From an uncultured cyanobacterium (GTDB taxonomy: Bacteria; Cyanobacteriota; Cyanobacteriia; PCC-9006; JAAUQQ01), in assembly GCA_963718615.1 (NCBI GenBank), contig OY970368.1:1632001-1696000 (forward strand): DNA of 64,000 nt. Direction: 5' to 3'. The translations under genes were made by a program, and so were the position numbers. The notes under the pieces were generated by a model that worked only from the letters and a program-made list of their open reading frames with translations, was not told the DNA's origin and searched no databases. The first letter of the stretch is position 1, and every line of letters starts with the position of its first letter. Positions 1-10,976 of this stretch are shown piece after piece.

Positions 1-1002
1 CTGCGGCAGCAGATAATCCTCAAAATACTCCCCACAGTCCCCCTTACTGCCCAACCCACTCTCCCAATAATCTGGCAGCCGATTCTCAAACCTTAATTTC
101 CGCGTCAACTGCGCACAAAAGTACTTCAGAAATCCACCCAAACTGCCCAAAAACTCCCGATCAATCTCCCGAAAATTGATCGCCACCGTCCGCATTCCCT
201 CAGACTCCGCCGCTTCCACCACCCGCGCCATCAAACTCGACTTACCAAATTCACGCGGAGCCTTAATCCGCACCAAGGTCCCCACTCGCATCACCTCCTT
301 GAGCGCATCTTCCTCGGCAGGGGGTCGGGGAATATAGAAGGGAGAGGCGATCGCCATTTTTCCACCCGGTTCTTCTAGCTCAATTTGACGTGTAGGAGCA
401 ACCTCTAGCGACTCGGTGGGTTGAGGGACATTTTCAACCCCGAAGGGCACGGAGGGATCGCGATACAACAAAACTGGAGTCCAGACTTCCTGATCATTGG
501 CTATCCCCGACAGCCCAAGCTGAAACGCCTCTGGATAGGCGCGCCCAGCACCAATACCATCGTAAAAGGCTTCAGCAAATCTTCGTGCGGCGCGATCGCC
601 AATGGCACGATTCATGCCAATCACACAGGGAACGTGGGCATGGATCGCCTCAGCCTGGACCTGGGCATAACAGGCATTCAGCACCACACAATCCACCGAA
701 AAAAGTGCAAAGCAACGCTTCAGCGCATCCGCTGAAATTAAATGGGAAGAACTATCATCCCCTTCCAACACCAGCCCTTCTGCCCCTGTTCCATGACCCG
801 AGAAATGTACAATTTCGGGTCGAATTTCTTCTAGTTCACGTCTTACATCCTTCCAGCGCACAGCCGTGCGATGCTCCAACGTCCAGCGATCGCCCTGGGA
901 TGACAATCGCAATGACTCCCGAATCTCTCGAACTTCTGTCTCTAGCGCTAATGGCGTTGTCCCTCTCGGATTTGCCGTCAAAATCAAAATTGTTTTGTGC
1001 AT
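1..1002 (-). CDS. CHAT (caspase-like) domain + AAA-like NTPase protein; 5' part only, runs off the window
   Basis: Absent from the ORF track because it has no stop in the window. Hand translation from ATG at 1002: MHKTILILTANP...IVHFSGHG...CVVLNAC (CHAT His/Cys motifs), then SPFYIPRPP...LVRIKAPREFGKSSL (AAA_35-type P-loop). Frame stays open to position 1. Confidence 0.85.
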   Translation of the reverse strand, partial: MHKTILILTANPRGTTPLALETEVREIRESLRLSSQGDRWTLEHRTAVRWKDVRRELEEIRPEIVHFSGHGTGAEGLVLEGDDSSSHLISADALKRCFALFSVDCVVLNACYAQVQAEAIHAHVPCVIGMNRAIGDRAARRFAEAFYDGIGAGRAYPEAFQLGLSGIANDQEVWTPVLLYRDPSVPFGVENVPQPTESLEVAPTRQIELEEPGGKMAIASPFYIPRPPAEEDALKEVMRVGTLVRIKAPREFGKSSLMARVVEAAESEGMRTVAINFREIDREFLGSLGGFLKYFCAQLTRKLRFENRLPDYWESGLGSKGDCGEYFEDYLLPQ

Positions 1003-1023
1003 AAGCGCATCCTTGGATTTCTC

Positions 1024-2013
1024 TCATCTTTTGGGTTTGCAAATTTTTTGAGTCGCTAGGAGCATTTGGCGGGCGATCGCCCCATCCTTCCCAATCTGCT
1101 CCTTCAACGCCTCCAACGACTCAAACCGCTGCTCAGGCCGCAAAAACGCCACCAAATCCACCGCCAGCGACTGACCATACAGATCCCCCGACCAGTCCAG
1201 CAGATGCACCTCCACCGTCACCGCTTGACCCGCCACCGTCGGACGCTGGCCCAAATTCATCACCCCCGGTCTAGGAAAACTGCCCAACGCAGATTCCGGC
1301 TCATTCCCCGCAACCCACACCGCATAGACCCCATAATGGGGCAAAAACTTGTGGAGCGGAAGCTGGAGATTCGCGGTTGGAAAGCCTAGGGTTCTGCCCA
1401 GTTGCTGGCCCTGCACCACCCTGCCCGTCAGCCGATAGGGGCGTCCCAACAGATCCTGGGCCGTGGCCACATCCCCAGCCAAAAGCGCTTGGCGAATGCG
1501 GGAACTGCTAATGCGCTCCCCACCCGCAGCATAGAGCGAAACCAGATCAACCTCCACCTGCCATTGGGCCGCGATCGCCCGCAATTCTGCCACCGTCCCG
1601 GCGCGATCGCAACCAAAGCGAAAATCCTGCCCAACGCTAATGCGCCGACAGTCCAAGGTTTTGATCAAAATCTTCTCGACAAACGCCTCTGGCGTCAGAC
1701 TGGCCAATTCCCGATCGAAGGGCAACAACACCAACTGCTCGATTCCCAAGGCTTGGAGCTCCTGGGCTTTTTCTTCTAGGGGCGTCAGGAGCGATCGCGG
1801 CTGCCCCGAAAAAAACTCCTGGGGATGGGGCGTAAACGTCACCACCGAGCGGTAGACCTTCTCTCCGCACTCCTGCTCTCCCCACTCCTCTCGTCCGGCC
1901 AAAACCGGCTTTATAACCTGTACATGCCCCCGATGAATCCCATCGAAATTTCCCAGGGCAGCGGCCACGGGGGTTAGAACCTGATCCAGAGAAGAAGCAA
2001 TCCACACAGCCAA
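1024..2013 (-). CDS. ribF: Bifunctional riboflavin kinase/FAD synthetase
   Basis: ALGNFDGIHRGH, ISSSRIR, GRTLGFPTAN and VEVHLLDW motifs. Confidence 0.96.
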   Translation of the reverse strand: MAVWIASSLDQVLTPVAAALGNFDGIHRGHVQVIKPVLAGREEWGEQECGEKVYRSVVTFTPHPQEFFSGQPRSLLTPLEEKAQELQALGIEQLVLLPFDRELASLTPEAFVEKILIKTLDCRRISVGQDFRFGCDRAGTVAELRAIAAQWQVEVDLVSLYAAGGERISSSRIRQALLAGDVATAQDLLGRPYRLTGRVVQGQQLGRTLGFPTANLQLPLHKFLPHYGVYAVWVAGNEPESALGSFPRPGVMNLGQRPTVAGQAVTVEVHLLDWSGDLYGQSLAVDLVAFLRPEQRFESLEALKEQIGKDGAIARQMLLATQKICKPKR

Positions 2014-2091
2014 GATTGTTACAGAAATTTACACTTACTTTAACCCGAGTTGTCCGTGCTGTCCTCGCTCTCGGTTTCTCTAAACCTAGCT

Positions 2092-2988
2092 TCAAACGTA
2101 GCTTCGGAGGCGGTTCGAAATTGGTTTGAGGCAAAGCTCTAGGCCCTCTTGGGCAAGCTGAGATCCCGGAAAGCGTTGGCGAGCGGCGATCGCCACCGCA
2201 TCCAAAAAATCATCATCATGGCTCGGGTCATGGTGAAAAATAATCAACCGTTTAACCTTTGCCGCCTGAGCGACCTTAATCGCCTCCTGCCAGGTGGAAT
2301 GGCCCCAACCCACCTTACTGGTGCGGGGGTGATGATACTCCTCGTCAGTATAGGTTGAGTCGTAAATCAAGACATCGGCGTTGCGGGCCAGGTGAACAAT
2401 ATTGGCATCCAGGCGATCGGGAAAATGCTCGGTATCGGTCACGTAGACCGCTGTTCGTCCCTGCCAACTAACCCGATACCCCAAGGCTTCCCCTGGATGG
2501 TTGAGGGCGGCGGTTTCGATCTGAATTCCCGGTTTGAGCAAGATGCGATCGCCCGGTGTCAAATCATGAAATTCCAAATTACTCGACATCACCTGGAGGG
2601 AAACCGGGAAATTGGGATGGAGCATTTGTAGTGCAAGGCGCTGCTCTACCGTGGTGCCATCGAGGGCGATCGCCCCATAAATATGAAACTTGTTACCCGG
2701 CAAAAATGCAGGCTCAAAAAAGGGAAATCCCTGGACATGATCCCAGTGGTAATGGCTAAAAAAAAGATGGGCCTGGAGATTTTTCTTGCCCCGCAGCGAT
2801 TGCCCCAAGCCACGCAATCCCGTACCACCATCAAAAATCAGCCGTTGTCCTTGGATTTGCATCTCCACACAGGGGGTATTACCGCCATAGCGCACGGTTC
2901 CTGGCCCTGGAGAAGGAATACTGCCTCGGACACCCCAAAAGCGAATTGTGAACTGACCCTGCTCCCCGATCATGCTCAATCGTTCCAC
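2092..2988 (-). CDS. MBL-fold metallo-hydrolase
   Basis: FWGVRGSIP...YGGNTPC N-terminus, SHYHWDH (HxHxDH), WGHST, FHHDP. Start may be Met6 at 2973. Confidence 0.9.
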   Translation of the reverse strand: MERLSMIGEQGQFTIRFWGVRGSIPSPGPGTVRYGGNTPCVEMQIQGQRLIFDGGTGLRGLGQSLRGKKNLQAHLFFSHYHWDHVQGFPFFEPAFLPGNKFHIYGAIALDGTTVEQRLALQMLHPNFPVSLQVMSSNLEFHDLTPGDRILLKPGIQIETAALNHPGEALGYRVSWQGRTAVYVTDTEHFPDRLDANIVHLARNADVLIYDSTYTDEEYHHPRTSKVGWGHSTWQEAIKVAQAAKVKRLIIFHHDPSHDDDFLDAVAIAARQRFPGSQLAQEGLELCLKPISNRLRSYV

Positions 2989-3106
2989 ACAAAGTCCATC
3001 TTTCGGAGTCCATTAAAGGGTCAAGCCGATCGGGACTCTAGGACTGTAAGATATACACCACAGCATAAGCGATGACGACCCCCGTAGCCTGAACCCCCTG
3101 AATTCT

Positions 3107-3655
3107 ATGCTTGAACGCTTTGACCAACAGTCAGTTCCTAAACTTGGTGCAGAATTACTCTTTTGGGGTAGGGTAAGTTTCTGGATACAGTTGGTGCTTG
3201 CGGTCATTTCGTTGTTTATGTTGGCCTGTGGGGTCATACTTTTGGGCCAAAGTCCTGGGAGCGGGGGAGCGCTGCTGTTTGCGATCGCGGGTCTCATTGC
3301 ACTGGGGGTTGGGGCCTATTGGGCGCTATGCTATCCTCGGCGGGGGCGGCAGCTCATGCTATCGGACAAGGTGGCCCGACCGAGCCGCGCGGAAATTATG
3401 CAGTTGCTCAAGCGCAACATTCTGACCAATCTCTTGGGATTGGGGTTGATTATTGTTGGGGCAGAATCCTTTGCTGGTGTGCTGTTCTCTAAGGCCATCA
3501 AACTCGGGGTTGGATTTAATATCCTCAACACTAAACCCGGTGATCTCATCCAGATTGTGGACATTTTCGTGGTGCTGGCCAACACTCACATCATTGCGGC
3601 CCATGGGTTGGCCTTGGCGATCGCCCTCTGGTTCCTCAATCGGGTAGCCCGCTAA
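3107..3655 (+). CDS. DUF3611 family membrane protein (Tic21/PIC1-like)
   Basis: GRVSFWIQLVLAVIS and DIFVVLANTHIIAAH signatures; about 4 TM helices. Confidence 0.8.
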   Translation: MLERFDQQSVPKLGAELLFWGRVSFWIQLVLAVISLFMLACGVILLGQSPGSGGALLFAIAGLIALGVGAYWALCYPRRGRQLMLSDKVARPSRAEIMQLLKRNILTNLLGLGLIIVGAESFAGVLFSKAIKLGVGFNILNTKPGDLIQIVDIFVVLANTHIIAAHGLALAIALWFLNRVAR

Positions 3656-4266
3656 GACTGAGGCACCAGTTCGGGATTGGGTTGAGCCGGATTTATACCG
3701 TTTTCCTCACCGTTCTCCGCGCCAGTATATTGGGGGTCGCTGACGCCGCCGACCCGTTGGGGGGGCCAGAAGCGCACGATCGCCCGACCAATAATCTTGT
3801 CGCGGGGGACAAAATCCCAGTAGTGGCTGTCGTAGCTGTTGTTGCGGTTATCCCCAAAGACCACATATTGGCCCTCGGGCACGACTTTCGGTCCCCACTG
3901 GTAGTTGGGTTTTTCAAACACATAGGTTTCATCAATGGGCTGGCCATTGATAAAGACCTTGCCGTTTTGCACTTCTACCGTTTCGCCTGGTAGGCCTACG
4001 ACGCGCTTGATAAAGGCATCCTTGAAATTTTGACGCCGCAATTCGTCGGTGGGCTGAAAGACGACGATGTCGCCGCGATGGGGTTGCTCGAAGTGATAGC
4101 TGACTTTGTCGATAATCAGCCGGTCGTTAATCTCAAGCGTCGGCAACATCGAGCCCGAGGGAATATAGCGAGCCTCGGCCACAAACGTGCGGATGCCGAA
4201 GGCGAGCAGTGCGCTCAAACCGACGGTCTTCAGTCCTTCAACCCAGGGATTTTCCTGATCTGCCAT
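3652..4266 (-). CDS. lepB: Signal peptidase I
   Basis: IPSGSMLPTL (Ser), FIKRVVGLPG (Lys), GDNRNNSYDS. Confidence 0.96.
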   Translation of the reverse strand: MADQENPWVEGLKTVGLSALLAFGIRTFVAEARYIPSGSMLPTLEINDRLIIDKVSYHFEQPHRGDIVVFQPTDELRRQNFKDAFIKRVVGLPGETVEVQNGKVFINGQPIDETYVFEKPNYQWGPKVVPEGQYVVFGDNRNNSYDSHYWDFVPRDKIIGRAIVRFWPPQRVGGVSDPQYTGAENGEENGINPAQPNPELVPQS

Positions 4267-4507
4267 GAATCAAACAAACCTTATTGGGAGCCGTAAATTG
4301 GGATCGACTAGGTTAGAACAATACAGGGGAATTGACCCCCCGATATGTAGACATATCTCATTTATTTAGCATACCCAGCCGAAGCCATAACAGCCATGGC
4401 ATGATGGGCGCGGGTAAACGGGTGGATTAGCCCCCTGAATGCTCCTAAATACCTTGGAAATACTGGGGTTTGACTAGGTTAGCCTCGCTGATTGGATAAG
4501 TTTGTTC

Positions 4508-5869
4508 ATGTCTGATTTAACACCGATCCTGAATACTTTGCCTCGCCTGTGGATTCGGCAGGCGCGGATTTTGCAGCCTTCAGGAGATTTTGTAGTAGGG
4601 GATGTGCAGGTCGAAAATGGCACGATCCGGGCGATCGCCCCTACGCTCCCAGCCGCTGCTCCCCACGATACTGAAATTGACGCAGCCGGGTTGACTTTGT
4701 TGCCGGGGGTAATTGATCCCCAGGTCCATTTTCGCGATCCGGGGCTGGAGCACAAGGAGGATTTGTACACGGCTTCGCGGGCCTGTGCGCGGGGTGGGGT
4801 GACATCGTTCTTGGAGATGCCTAATACCAAGCCTCTGACGACGACCCAGGAAACCCTGGATCAGAAGCTGGCGATCGCCGCCCAAAAGTCCCGTGTCAAC
4901 TACGGATTTTTCATTGGGGCCACGCCGGAGAATTTGCCGGACCTGCGTACGGCCAATCCCACACCGGGGATTAAAGCCTTTATGGGGTCGATGCATGGGC
5001 CGCTGTTGGTGGATACGGAACAGATTTTGGAGCCCATTTTTGCGGAAGGCACTCGCCTAATTGCCGTCCATGCGGAAGACCAAGCGCGGATTGTAGAACG
5101 ACGCCAGCAATTTTTGACCCATGCCGATCCGGCTGAACTGCCGCCGGATATTCACTCGGAAATTCAGGATGTGACCGCTGCGCTCAATGCCACGAAGCTG
5201 GCGCTCAAGCTCTCGAAAAAATATCAACGCCGCCTGCATATTCTCCATCTGTCTACCGGGGCTGAGGCAGAACTGCTGCGCCAGGACAAGCCCCCATGGG
5301 TGACTGCCGAGGTCTTACCCCAGCATCTATTGCTCAACCGGGAAGCCTACTGGGACCTGGGCAGTTTGGTCCAGATGAATCCGCCCATTCGCACTGCCGA
5401 AGATAACGAAATTCTCTGGCAGGCACTCCTCGATGGGGTCATTGACTTCATTGCCACGGACCATGCGCCCCATACCCTGGAAGAAAAAACCCAGCCCTAT
5501 CCTGCTACCCCCTCAGGTATGCCGGGGGTGGAGACTTCGCTGCCGCTGATGCTGACCCAGGCCATGAAGGGTCGCTGTACGGTGGCCCAGGTGGCGGCTT
5601 GGATGTCGACGAACGTGGCGAAGGCCTATCGGATACCGAATAAGGGGGCGATCGCCCCCGGCTACGACGCCGACTTGATCCTCGTCGATCTCGACACCTA
5701 CAAACCTGTCCGGCGGGAAGATCTGCAAACCAAATGCGGCTGGAGTCCCTTCGAGGGCTGGGAACTGACGGGCTGGCCGGTGGTCACGATGGTCGGGGGA
5801 CAAATTGCCTTTAACCGGGGTGAATTTAACGACGATTGTCGGGGCCAAGCCCTGCGGTTTGACGCTTAG
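4508..5869 (+). CDS. pyrC: Dihydroorotase (cyanobacterial amidohydrolase type)
   Basis: LPGVIDPQVHFRDPG, EMPNTKP, ATDHAPH, KCGWSPFEG; ATG at 4508. Confidence 0.88.
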   Translation: MSDLTPILNTLPRLWIRQARILQPSGDFVVGDVQVENGTIRAIAPTLPAAAPHDTEIDAAGLTLLPGVIDPQVHFRDPGLEHKEDLYTASRACARGGVTSFLEMPNTKPLTTTQETLDQKLAIAAQKSRVNYGFFIGATPENLPDLRTANPTPGIKAFMGSMHGPLLVDTEQILEPIFAEGTRLIAVHAEDQARIVERRQQFLTHADPAELPPDIHSEIQDVTAALNATKLALKLSKKYQRRLHILHLSTGAEAELLRQDKPPWVTAEVLPQHLLLNREAYWDLGSLVQMNPPIRTAEDNEILWQALLDGVIDFIATDHAPHTLEEKTQPYPATPSGMPGVETSLPLMLTQAMKGRCTVAQVAAWMSTNVAKAYRIPNKGAIAPGYDADLILVDLDTYKPVRREDLQTKCGWSPFEGWELTGWPVVTMVGGQIAFNRGEFNDDCRGQALRFDA

Positions 5870-5965
5870 CCCTCTCTTCGGTCTCCTTGTGTCCTCTGTC
5901 CCTGGGGCGAATATTTCCTTGCAGGACGGGTGCCACAATAGAAAGCAGGATAAAAAGGATGTTTC

Positions 5966-8848
5966 ATGAAACCCGCTCTCTCCCGTGATTCCTCGTCGTC
6001 TCGCGGCAATTTGTCGTCTGCTAGCAATTTATCGGCGGACGACTCTGCGCCAGAAAACCTCACGGCTTGGCACCATCTCACCGCCGAGCAAGCCCTCACT
6101 CAGTTAGACAGTGACAGAGAGCAGGGCCTGACGGCAGTGGCCTTGCAGGAGCGGCAGCGGCGCTATGGTCCCAATGAGCTAGAGGAACAGGCCGGACGGA
6201 GCACTTGGGTGATCATCATTGACCAGTTCTCCAACATCATGTTGCTGATGCTGATTGCGGTGGCGATCGTCTCGGCGGTGTTGTCGATCCGGGCTGATGA
6301 GTTTCCTAAGGATGCGGTGGCGATCTCCCTGATCGTCGTCCTCAACGGCATTTTGGGCTATCTCCAGGAAAGCCGTGCCGAAAAAGCCTTAGCAGCGCTC
6401 AAGAAACTCTCTTCCCCCCGAGTGCGGGTGATTCGCGAGGGCCAAACCCAGGAGGTGGACGCCCTCAAGCTCGTGCCGGGGGACATCATGCTTCTAGAGG
6501 CTGGGGGACAGGTGGCGGCGGATGGGCGGTTGCTGGAGGTGGCGAGTCTGCAAATTCGGGAGTCGGCCCTGACCGGCGAGGCCCAGGCAGTGAATAAACG
6601 TCCGGCGGAGGTTTTGGAGGAAGATGCACCCTTGGGCGATCGCCGCAATCTCGTCTTCCAAGGCACCGAAGTGGTACAAGGCCGGGGTAAAGTCCTGGTG
6701 ACCAACACGGGGATGCGCACAGAACTAGGCCGCATCGCCGCCATGCTCCAAGGCGTCGAGTCAGAGCCTACCCCGCTCCAGCAGCGCATGGGCCACCTGG
6801 GGAATGTCCTGGTGTTTGGCTCCCTGGGCATTGTTTTGTTAGTCGTCGTTAGCGGCGTCCTACGCTACGGCTGGGGCATGTTCGAGGATTTACTAGAGGT
6901 TTCCTTGAGTATGGCGGTGGCGGTGGTGCCCGAGGGCTTGCCAGCGGTGATTACGGTGACCTTGGCCATCGGCACCCAGCGGATGGTGCGTCGCCATGCC
7001 CTGATCCGCAAACTGCCTGCGGTGGAAACCCTGGGTTCCGTCACGACAATTTGCTCCGATAAAACCGGGACGCTGACCCAAAACAAAATGGTGGTGCAGG
7101 CGGTTCAAACCTTGCGCTACAGACTCAAGATCGGCGGTGAAGGCTATGAGCCGGCGGGGGAGTATCAGCTCATTGAAGGAGAGGGAACGGTGGATGAGGC
7201 GATCGCCAGCCCTGAACTCCAGCTCCTCCTGCTCGACGGCATTCTCTGTAACGACGCCAGTTTGCAAGAAGACAACGGCACCTGGACCATACTCGGCGAC
7301 CCCACCGAAGGCGCACTCCTACCCCTCGCGGCCAAAGTCGGTTACTGGCAAGACCACTGGTCCCAGCAACTCCCCCGCCGCGCCGAAATCCCCTTTTCCT
7401 CCGATCGCAAACGCATGAGCATCGCCTGCGAATGCCCCCCTAAAACCTCTATACCCCTACTCCCCACCCCCTCCTACCTTCTTCTCACCAAAGGCTCCCC
7501 CGAACTCACCCTAGAACGCTGCACCACCGTCCAAGTCGGCCCCGAACCCCAGCCGCTTACCCCCGAACTCCGGGACAAAATTCTGGAGCAGAACAAACAA
7601 CTCGCCAGCCGAGGTCTACGAGTTTTGGGGTTTGCCTATCGCCCCTTAACGGAACTGCGAGACTCAGATCTATCGGATTTAGATGAATCCCTTGAACAGG
7701 AGCTGATTTGGCTCGGCCTTGTGGGAATGCTCGATGCCCCCCGACCTGAGGTGCGAGAGGCGGTGGCTAAATGTCGGCAGGCCGGGATTCGACCAATGAT
7801 GATTACTGGAGACCACCAGTTGACGGCGGAGGCGATCGCCCAGGACCTCGGCATCTCCCAACCCGGCGAACCCAGCCTCGATGGCCGCAGCCTCGACAAA
7901 CTTTCCCCAGAGGAATTGGCTGAACAGGTGCAGCGGGTCAATGTCTACGCCCGTGTCGCCCCCGAGCACAAGCTCCGCATTGTCCGAGCCCTACAAAAGC
8001 AGGGTCGATTTGTTGCCATGACCGGCGATGGCGTCAACGACGCGCCAGCCCTGAAACAGGCGGATATTGGCATCGCCATGGGCATCACCGGCACCGACGT
8101 CAGCAAAGAGGCCAGCGATATGGTTCTGCTCGACGACAACTTTGCCACGATCGTCGCCGCCACGGAAGAAGGCCGGGTGGTTTACAACAATATTCGTCGA
8201 TTTATCAAATATATTCTGGGGTCCAATATTGGCGAAGTGCTTACCATTGCAGCGTCGCCGCTCCTGGGTTTTGGCGGTTCGCCCCTGACGCCCCTGCAAA
8301 TCCTCTGGATGAACCTGGTCACGGACGGCTTCCCAGCCCTAGCTCTTGCTGTCGAACCCGCTGACCCCCAGGTGATGCAGCGTCCGCCGTTTAATCCCAA
8401 GGAAAGCATTTTTGCGCGGGGTATGGGCTGGTACATGCTGCGGATTGGTCTGGTGTTTTCGATTGTGACGATCGCCATGATGAGCTGGGCCTACGGCTAT
8501 ACCACCCGTTCTGCCACGGTCGACCTCAGCCCCGATCGTTGGAAGACCATGGTCTTTACGACGCTGTGTTTAGCCCAGATGGGCCATGCGATCGCCGTTC
8601 GCTCCAGTAGCCGCCTCACCGTGGAAATGAATCCCTTTTCAAATCCCTACGTTCTCCTCTCGGTGGCGGTTACAACGGTATTGCAATTACTGTTAATCTA
8701 TCTGCCGCCCTTGCGGAATTTCTTTGGCACCCATCTGCTCAGCGGACCGGAGTTGCTAGCCTGTTTTGGCTTCAGTTCCCTGATGTTTGTTTGGATTGAA
8801 ACTGAAAAGCTTGTTCTGCGAATGTTTGGAAAAACACCAAGTGAATAA
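5966..8848 (+). CDS. Cation-transporting P-type (P2A-like) ATPase
   Basis: PEGL, DKTGT phosphorylation site, [18 protein letters not shown]. Confidence 0.95.
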   Translation: MKPALSRDSSSSRGNLSSASNLSADDSAPENLTAWHHLTAEQALTQLDSDREQGLTAVALQERQRRYGPNELEEQAGRSTWVIIIDQFSNIMLLMLIAVAIVSAVLSIRADEFPKDAVAISLIVVLNGILGYLQESRAEKALAALKKLSSPRVRVIREGQTQEVDALKLVPGDIMLLEAGGQVAADGRLLEVASLQIRESALTGEAQAVNKRPAEVLEEDAPLGDRRNLVFQGTEVVQGRGKVLVTNTGMRTELGRIAAMLQGVESEPTPLQQRMGHLGNVLVFGSLGIVLLVVVSGVLRYGWGMFEDLLEVSLSMAVAVVPEGLPAVITVTLAIGTQRMVRRHALIRKLPAVETLGSVTTICSDKTGTLTQNKMVVQAVQTLRYRLKIGGEGYEPAGEYQLIEGEGTVDEAIASPELQLLLLDGILCNDASLQEDNGTWTILGDPTEGALLPLAAKVGYWQDHWSQQLPRRAEIPFSSDRKRMSIACECPPKTSIPLLPTPSYLLLTKGSPELTLERCTTVQVGPEPQPLTPELRDKILEQNKQLASRGLRVLGFAYRPLTELRDSDLSDLDESLEQELIWLGLVGMLDAPRPEVREAVAKCRQAGIRPMMITGDHQLTAEAIAQDLGISQPGEPSLDGRSLDKLSPEELAEQVQRVNVYARVAPEHKLRIVRALQKQGRFVAMTGDGVNDAPALKQADIGIAMGITGTDVSKEASDMVLLDDNFATIVAATEEGRVVYNNIRRFIKYILGSNIGEVLTIAASPLLGFGGSPLTPLQILWMNLVTDGFPALALAVEPADPQVMQRPPFNPKESIFARGMGWYMLRIGLVFSIVTIAMMSWAYGYTTRSATVDLSPDRWKTMVFTTLCLAQMGHAIAVRSSSRLTVEMNPFSNPYVLLSVAVTTVLQLLLIYLPPLRNFFGTHLLSGPELLACFGFSSLMFVWIETEKLVLRMFGKTPSE

Positions 8849-9144
8849 CGTGGTTGCAACGGTTTGGGACTGAAATCCGGTGGAATGAGGGATCGTTAAC
8901 TTTCAATGCGATCGCGCCCAACTCTTTTTGATCCCGACTAACTTGGAGCATAAGTGGGATTGGGAATAATCGATTTTTATCGAAACCTTAGACTGTCCCT
9001 TGAATCTAGCTTTGTGCTCAAAGCTTTTTTGTTTTCTAAGGGATATTTCTAGCCGAAGAAAGAGTCTAAGGAAAAGCTAAAGCTTTAACTTATTAGCATC
9101 AGGACGCGCTTAGATAGTGACTGGCCTGATGTGAGATAGCGATT

Positions 9145-9381
9145 GTGTCCAGAACAAGAGAGCGAGCCATGCGCCAGTATACAAAAGACCCGACGCAAAC
9201 GCTGATTCAGGCGGTCCATTGCCCGAACTGTGGCCATCTGGCTGAGCGGGAGTACGTGAAAGAGCAATGTCTTGTGCGTACCCAATGTGCTTGCTGCGAC
9301 TATTTATTGGTGACCAGCGAAGACCGAAATATTGTACGGGTGATCGAGTCCTATGCACCAGGGTTGACCTCAGCACCCTAG
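9145..9381 (+). CDS. Small Zn-ribbon protein conserved in cyanobacteria
   Basis: CPNCG...RTQCACCDYL...VIESYAPG, two CxxC pairs. Start may be the ATG at 9169. Confidence 0.75.
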   Translation: MSRTRERAMRQYTKDPTQTLIQAVHCPNCGHLAEREYVKEQCLVRTQCACCDYLLVTSEDRNIVRVIESYAPGLTSAP

Positions 9382-9411
9382 AAGCTTTGGTCGGAGAAGT
9401 GCCCCTCGCAG

Positions 9412-9431
9412 GGACAAACCGCCGTTTGTCC
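9412..9431. terminator. Hairpin between convergent genes
   Basis: GGACAAAC-CGCC-GTTTGTCC, perfect 8-bp stem. Confidence 0.5.
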
Positions 9432-9444
9432 AGCTAACGCTCAG

Positions 9445-9765
9445 CTAAATCCTTGAAATTGAACTTTTCAAAGAAGCTAAAACTGCCTTCAGCAGTCCTG
9501 GAAACTGCTGCTCCAGTTCTTCTTGGCGCAGCGAATTGAGCAACTGCGTGCCTTCCTTGCGTGAAAAAATTACCCCCGCCTCCCGCAAAATCTTGAAGTG
9601 ATGGGAGAGCGTAGACTTGGCCACCGAACAGTCTAGGGAAGCACAGCTCAGTTCTCCCGCCTCTGCTAGTTTTCGCACAATCTCTAGACGAACCGGATCC
9701 CCTAGCGCGTACAAAACTCCCGCTAGGGTGATTTGTTGAGAGTCAGGATGGAACAACATTCGCAT
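9445..9765 (-). CDS. ArsR/SmtB family transcriptional regulator
   Basis: VLYALGDPVRLEIV...KSTLSHHFKILREAG winged HTH; likely start MRMLFHP at 9765. Confidence 0.9.
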   Translation of the reverse strand: MRMLFHPDSQQITLAGVLYALGDPVRLEIVRKLAEAGELSCASLDCSVAKSTLSHHFKILREAGVIFSRKEGTQLLNSLRQEELEQQFPGLLKAVLASLKSSISRI

Positions 9766-9793
9766 AGTTGCATTATGACATGAATGGGCGCTA

Positions 9794-9822
9794 TAGTTCA
9801 ATTGTTCGGCTATTTTGAACTA
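9794..9822. promoter_or_regulatory. Putative ArsR operator in the divergent promoter
   Basis: Inverted repeat TAGTTCAA-N13-TTGAACTA with inner GTTCG-N6-TTGAAC, between the ArsR gene and the alkene reductase. Confidence 0.6.
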
Positions 9823-9875
9823 GCAAACAAACCTCGTCGTTGCTTCTTTTTTCGCAAAACATTTCCAGATTTTCC

Positions 9876-10976
9876 ATGGCTGATCTTTCTACACTTTTTC
9901 AACCCCTAACCCTTGGGGTAATGACCCTGCCCAACCGAGTGATTATGGCTCCGCTGACCCGAGGCCGCTCAGGCCAAGATCGCGTTCCCAATGACTTGAT
10001 GAGCGAATATTATGTGCAACGGGCTCGCGCTGGACTGATTATCACTGAGGCCACGTCTATCTCCGAGCAGGGGTTGGGCTGGGACCAATCTCCCGGCATT
10101 TATACCGAGGCTCAGACCGAAGGTTGGCGCAAAATTGTCGAGGCAGTCCACGCCGCCGGGGGCAAAATTGTCCTACAGCTTTGGCATGTGGGGCGGGCTT
10201 CCCATCCCGATTTTCAGCCCGATGGGGGTTTACCGGTGTCGTCTTCGGCGGTGAAGCCTGAGGGAGAAATCCACACGCCCAAGGGAAAAAAGCCCTATGT
10301 GACGCCTCGATCCTTGGAACTGGAGGAGATTCCGGGATTGATTCAGGATTATGTGCGAGCTACGGAGCGGGCTCAGGCGGCAGGGTTTGATGGGGTTGAG
10401 GTTCACTCGGCCAATGGTTATTTGCTCGATCAGTTTTTGCGCGATGGTGTGAATCAGCGAACGGATGACTATGGGGGCAGTGTAGAAAATCGGGCACGAT
10501 TGCTACTGGAAGTTGTAGATGCAGTAGTTAAAGCTTGGAATGGCGATCGCGTCGCTGTGCGTTTCTCTCCCTTGAACAAATTCAACGACATGACGGACAG
10601 TAATCCTATAAAAACCTTCAGCTACGCCGCTGAACAACTCAATAAATTTGGCTTGGCCTATCTCCATGTGATGGAGCCGATTGTGGAAAATCACATGATG
10701 TATGCGGAGGGAGAGCCGGTTGTTCCCTATATTCGCAAGGTCTTTTCGGGACCGTTGATGCTAAATGGGGGCTATGACGCAGAAACCGGGGCAGAGGCGA
10801 TCGCCTCCGGTGCGGCGGATTGCATTGCCTACGGCGTTCCGTTTATTGCCAATCCTGACTTGCCGGAACGCTATCGTCTGGGGTTACCGCTAAATGAGCC
10901 GGATTTCAGTACGTTTTATACCCATGATGCGAAGGGCTATATTGATTATCCCTTTGTGCAAGCAGTGAAAGCCTAA
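9876..10976 (+). CDS. Old yellow enzyme family alkene reductase (NemA-like)
   Basis: NRVIMAPLTRGR, GFDGVEVHSANGYLLDQF, FIANPDL; ATG at 9876. Confidence 0.93.
   Translation: MADLSTLFQPLTLGVMTLPNRVIMAPLTRGRSGQDRVPNDLMSEYYVQRARAGLIITEATSISEQGLGWDQSPGIYTEAQTEGWRKIVEAVHAAGGKIVLQLWHVGRASHPDFQPDGGLPVSSSAVKPEGEIHTPKGKKPYVTPRSLELEEIPGLIQDYVRATERAQAAGFDGVEVHSANGYLLDQFLRDGVNQRTDDYGGSVENRARLLLEVVDAVVKAWNGDRVAVRFSPLNKFNDMTDSNPIKTFSYAAEQLNKFGLAYLHVMEPIVENHMMYAEGEPVVPYIRKVFSGPLMLNGGYDAETGAEAIASGAADCIAYGVPFIANPDLPERYRLGLPLNEPDFSTFYTHDAKGYIDYPFVQAVKA

Noticed and set aside
421-1051. Short ORFs 421-735, 585-1004, 836-1042 and 866-1051
   Set aside because: They are shadow frames of the CHAT-AAA gene on the minus strand.
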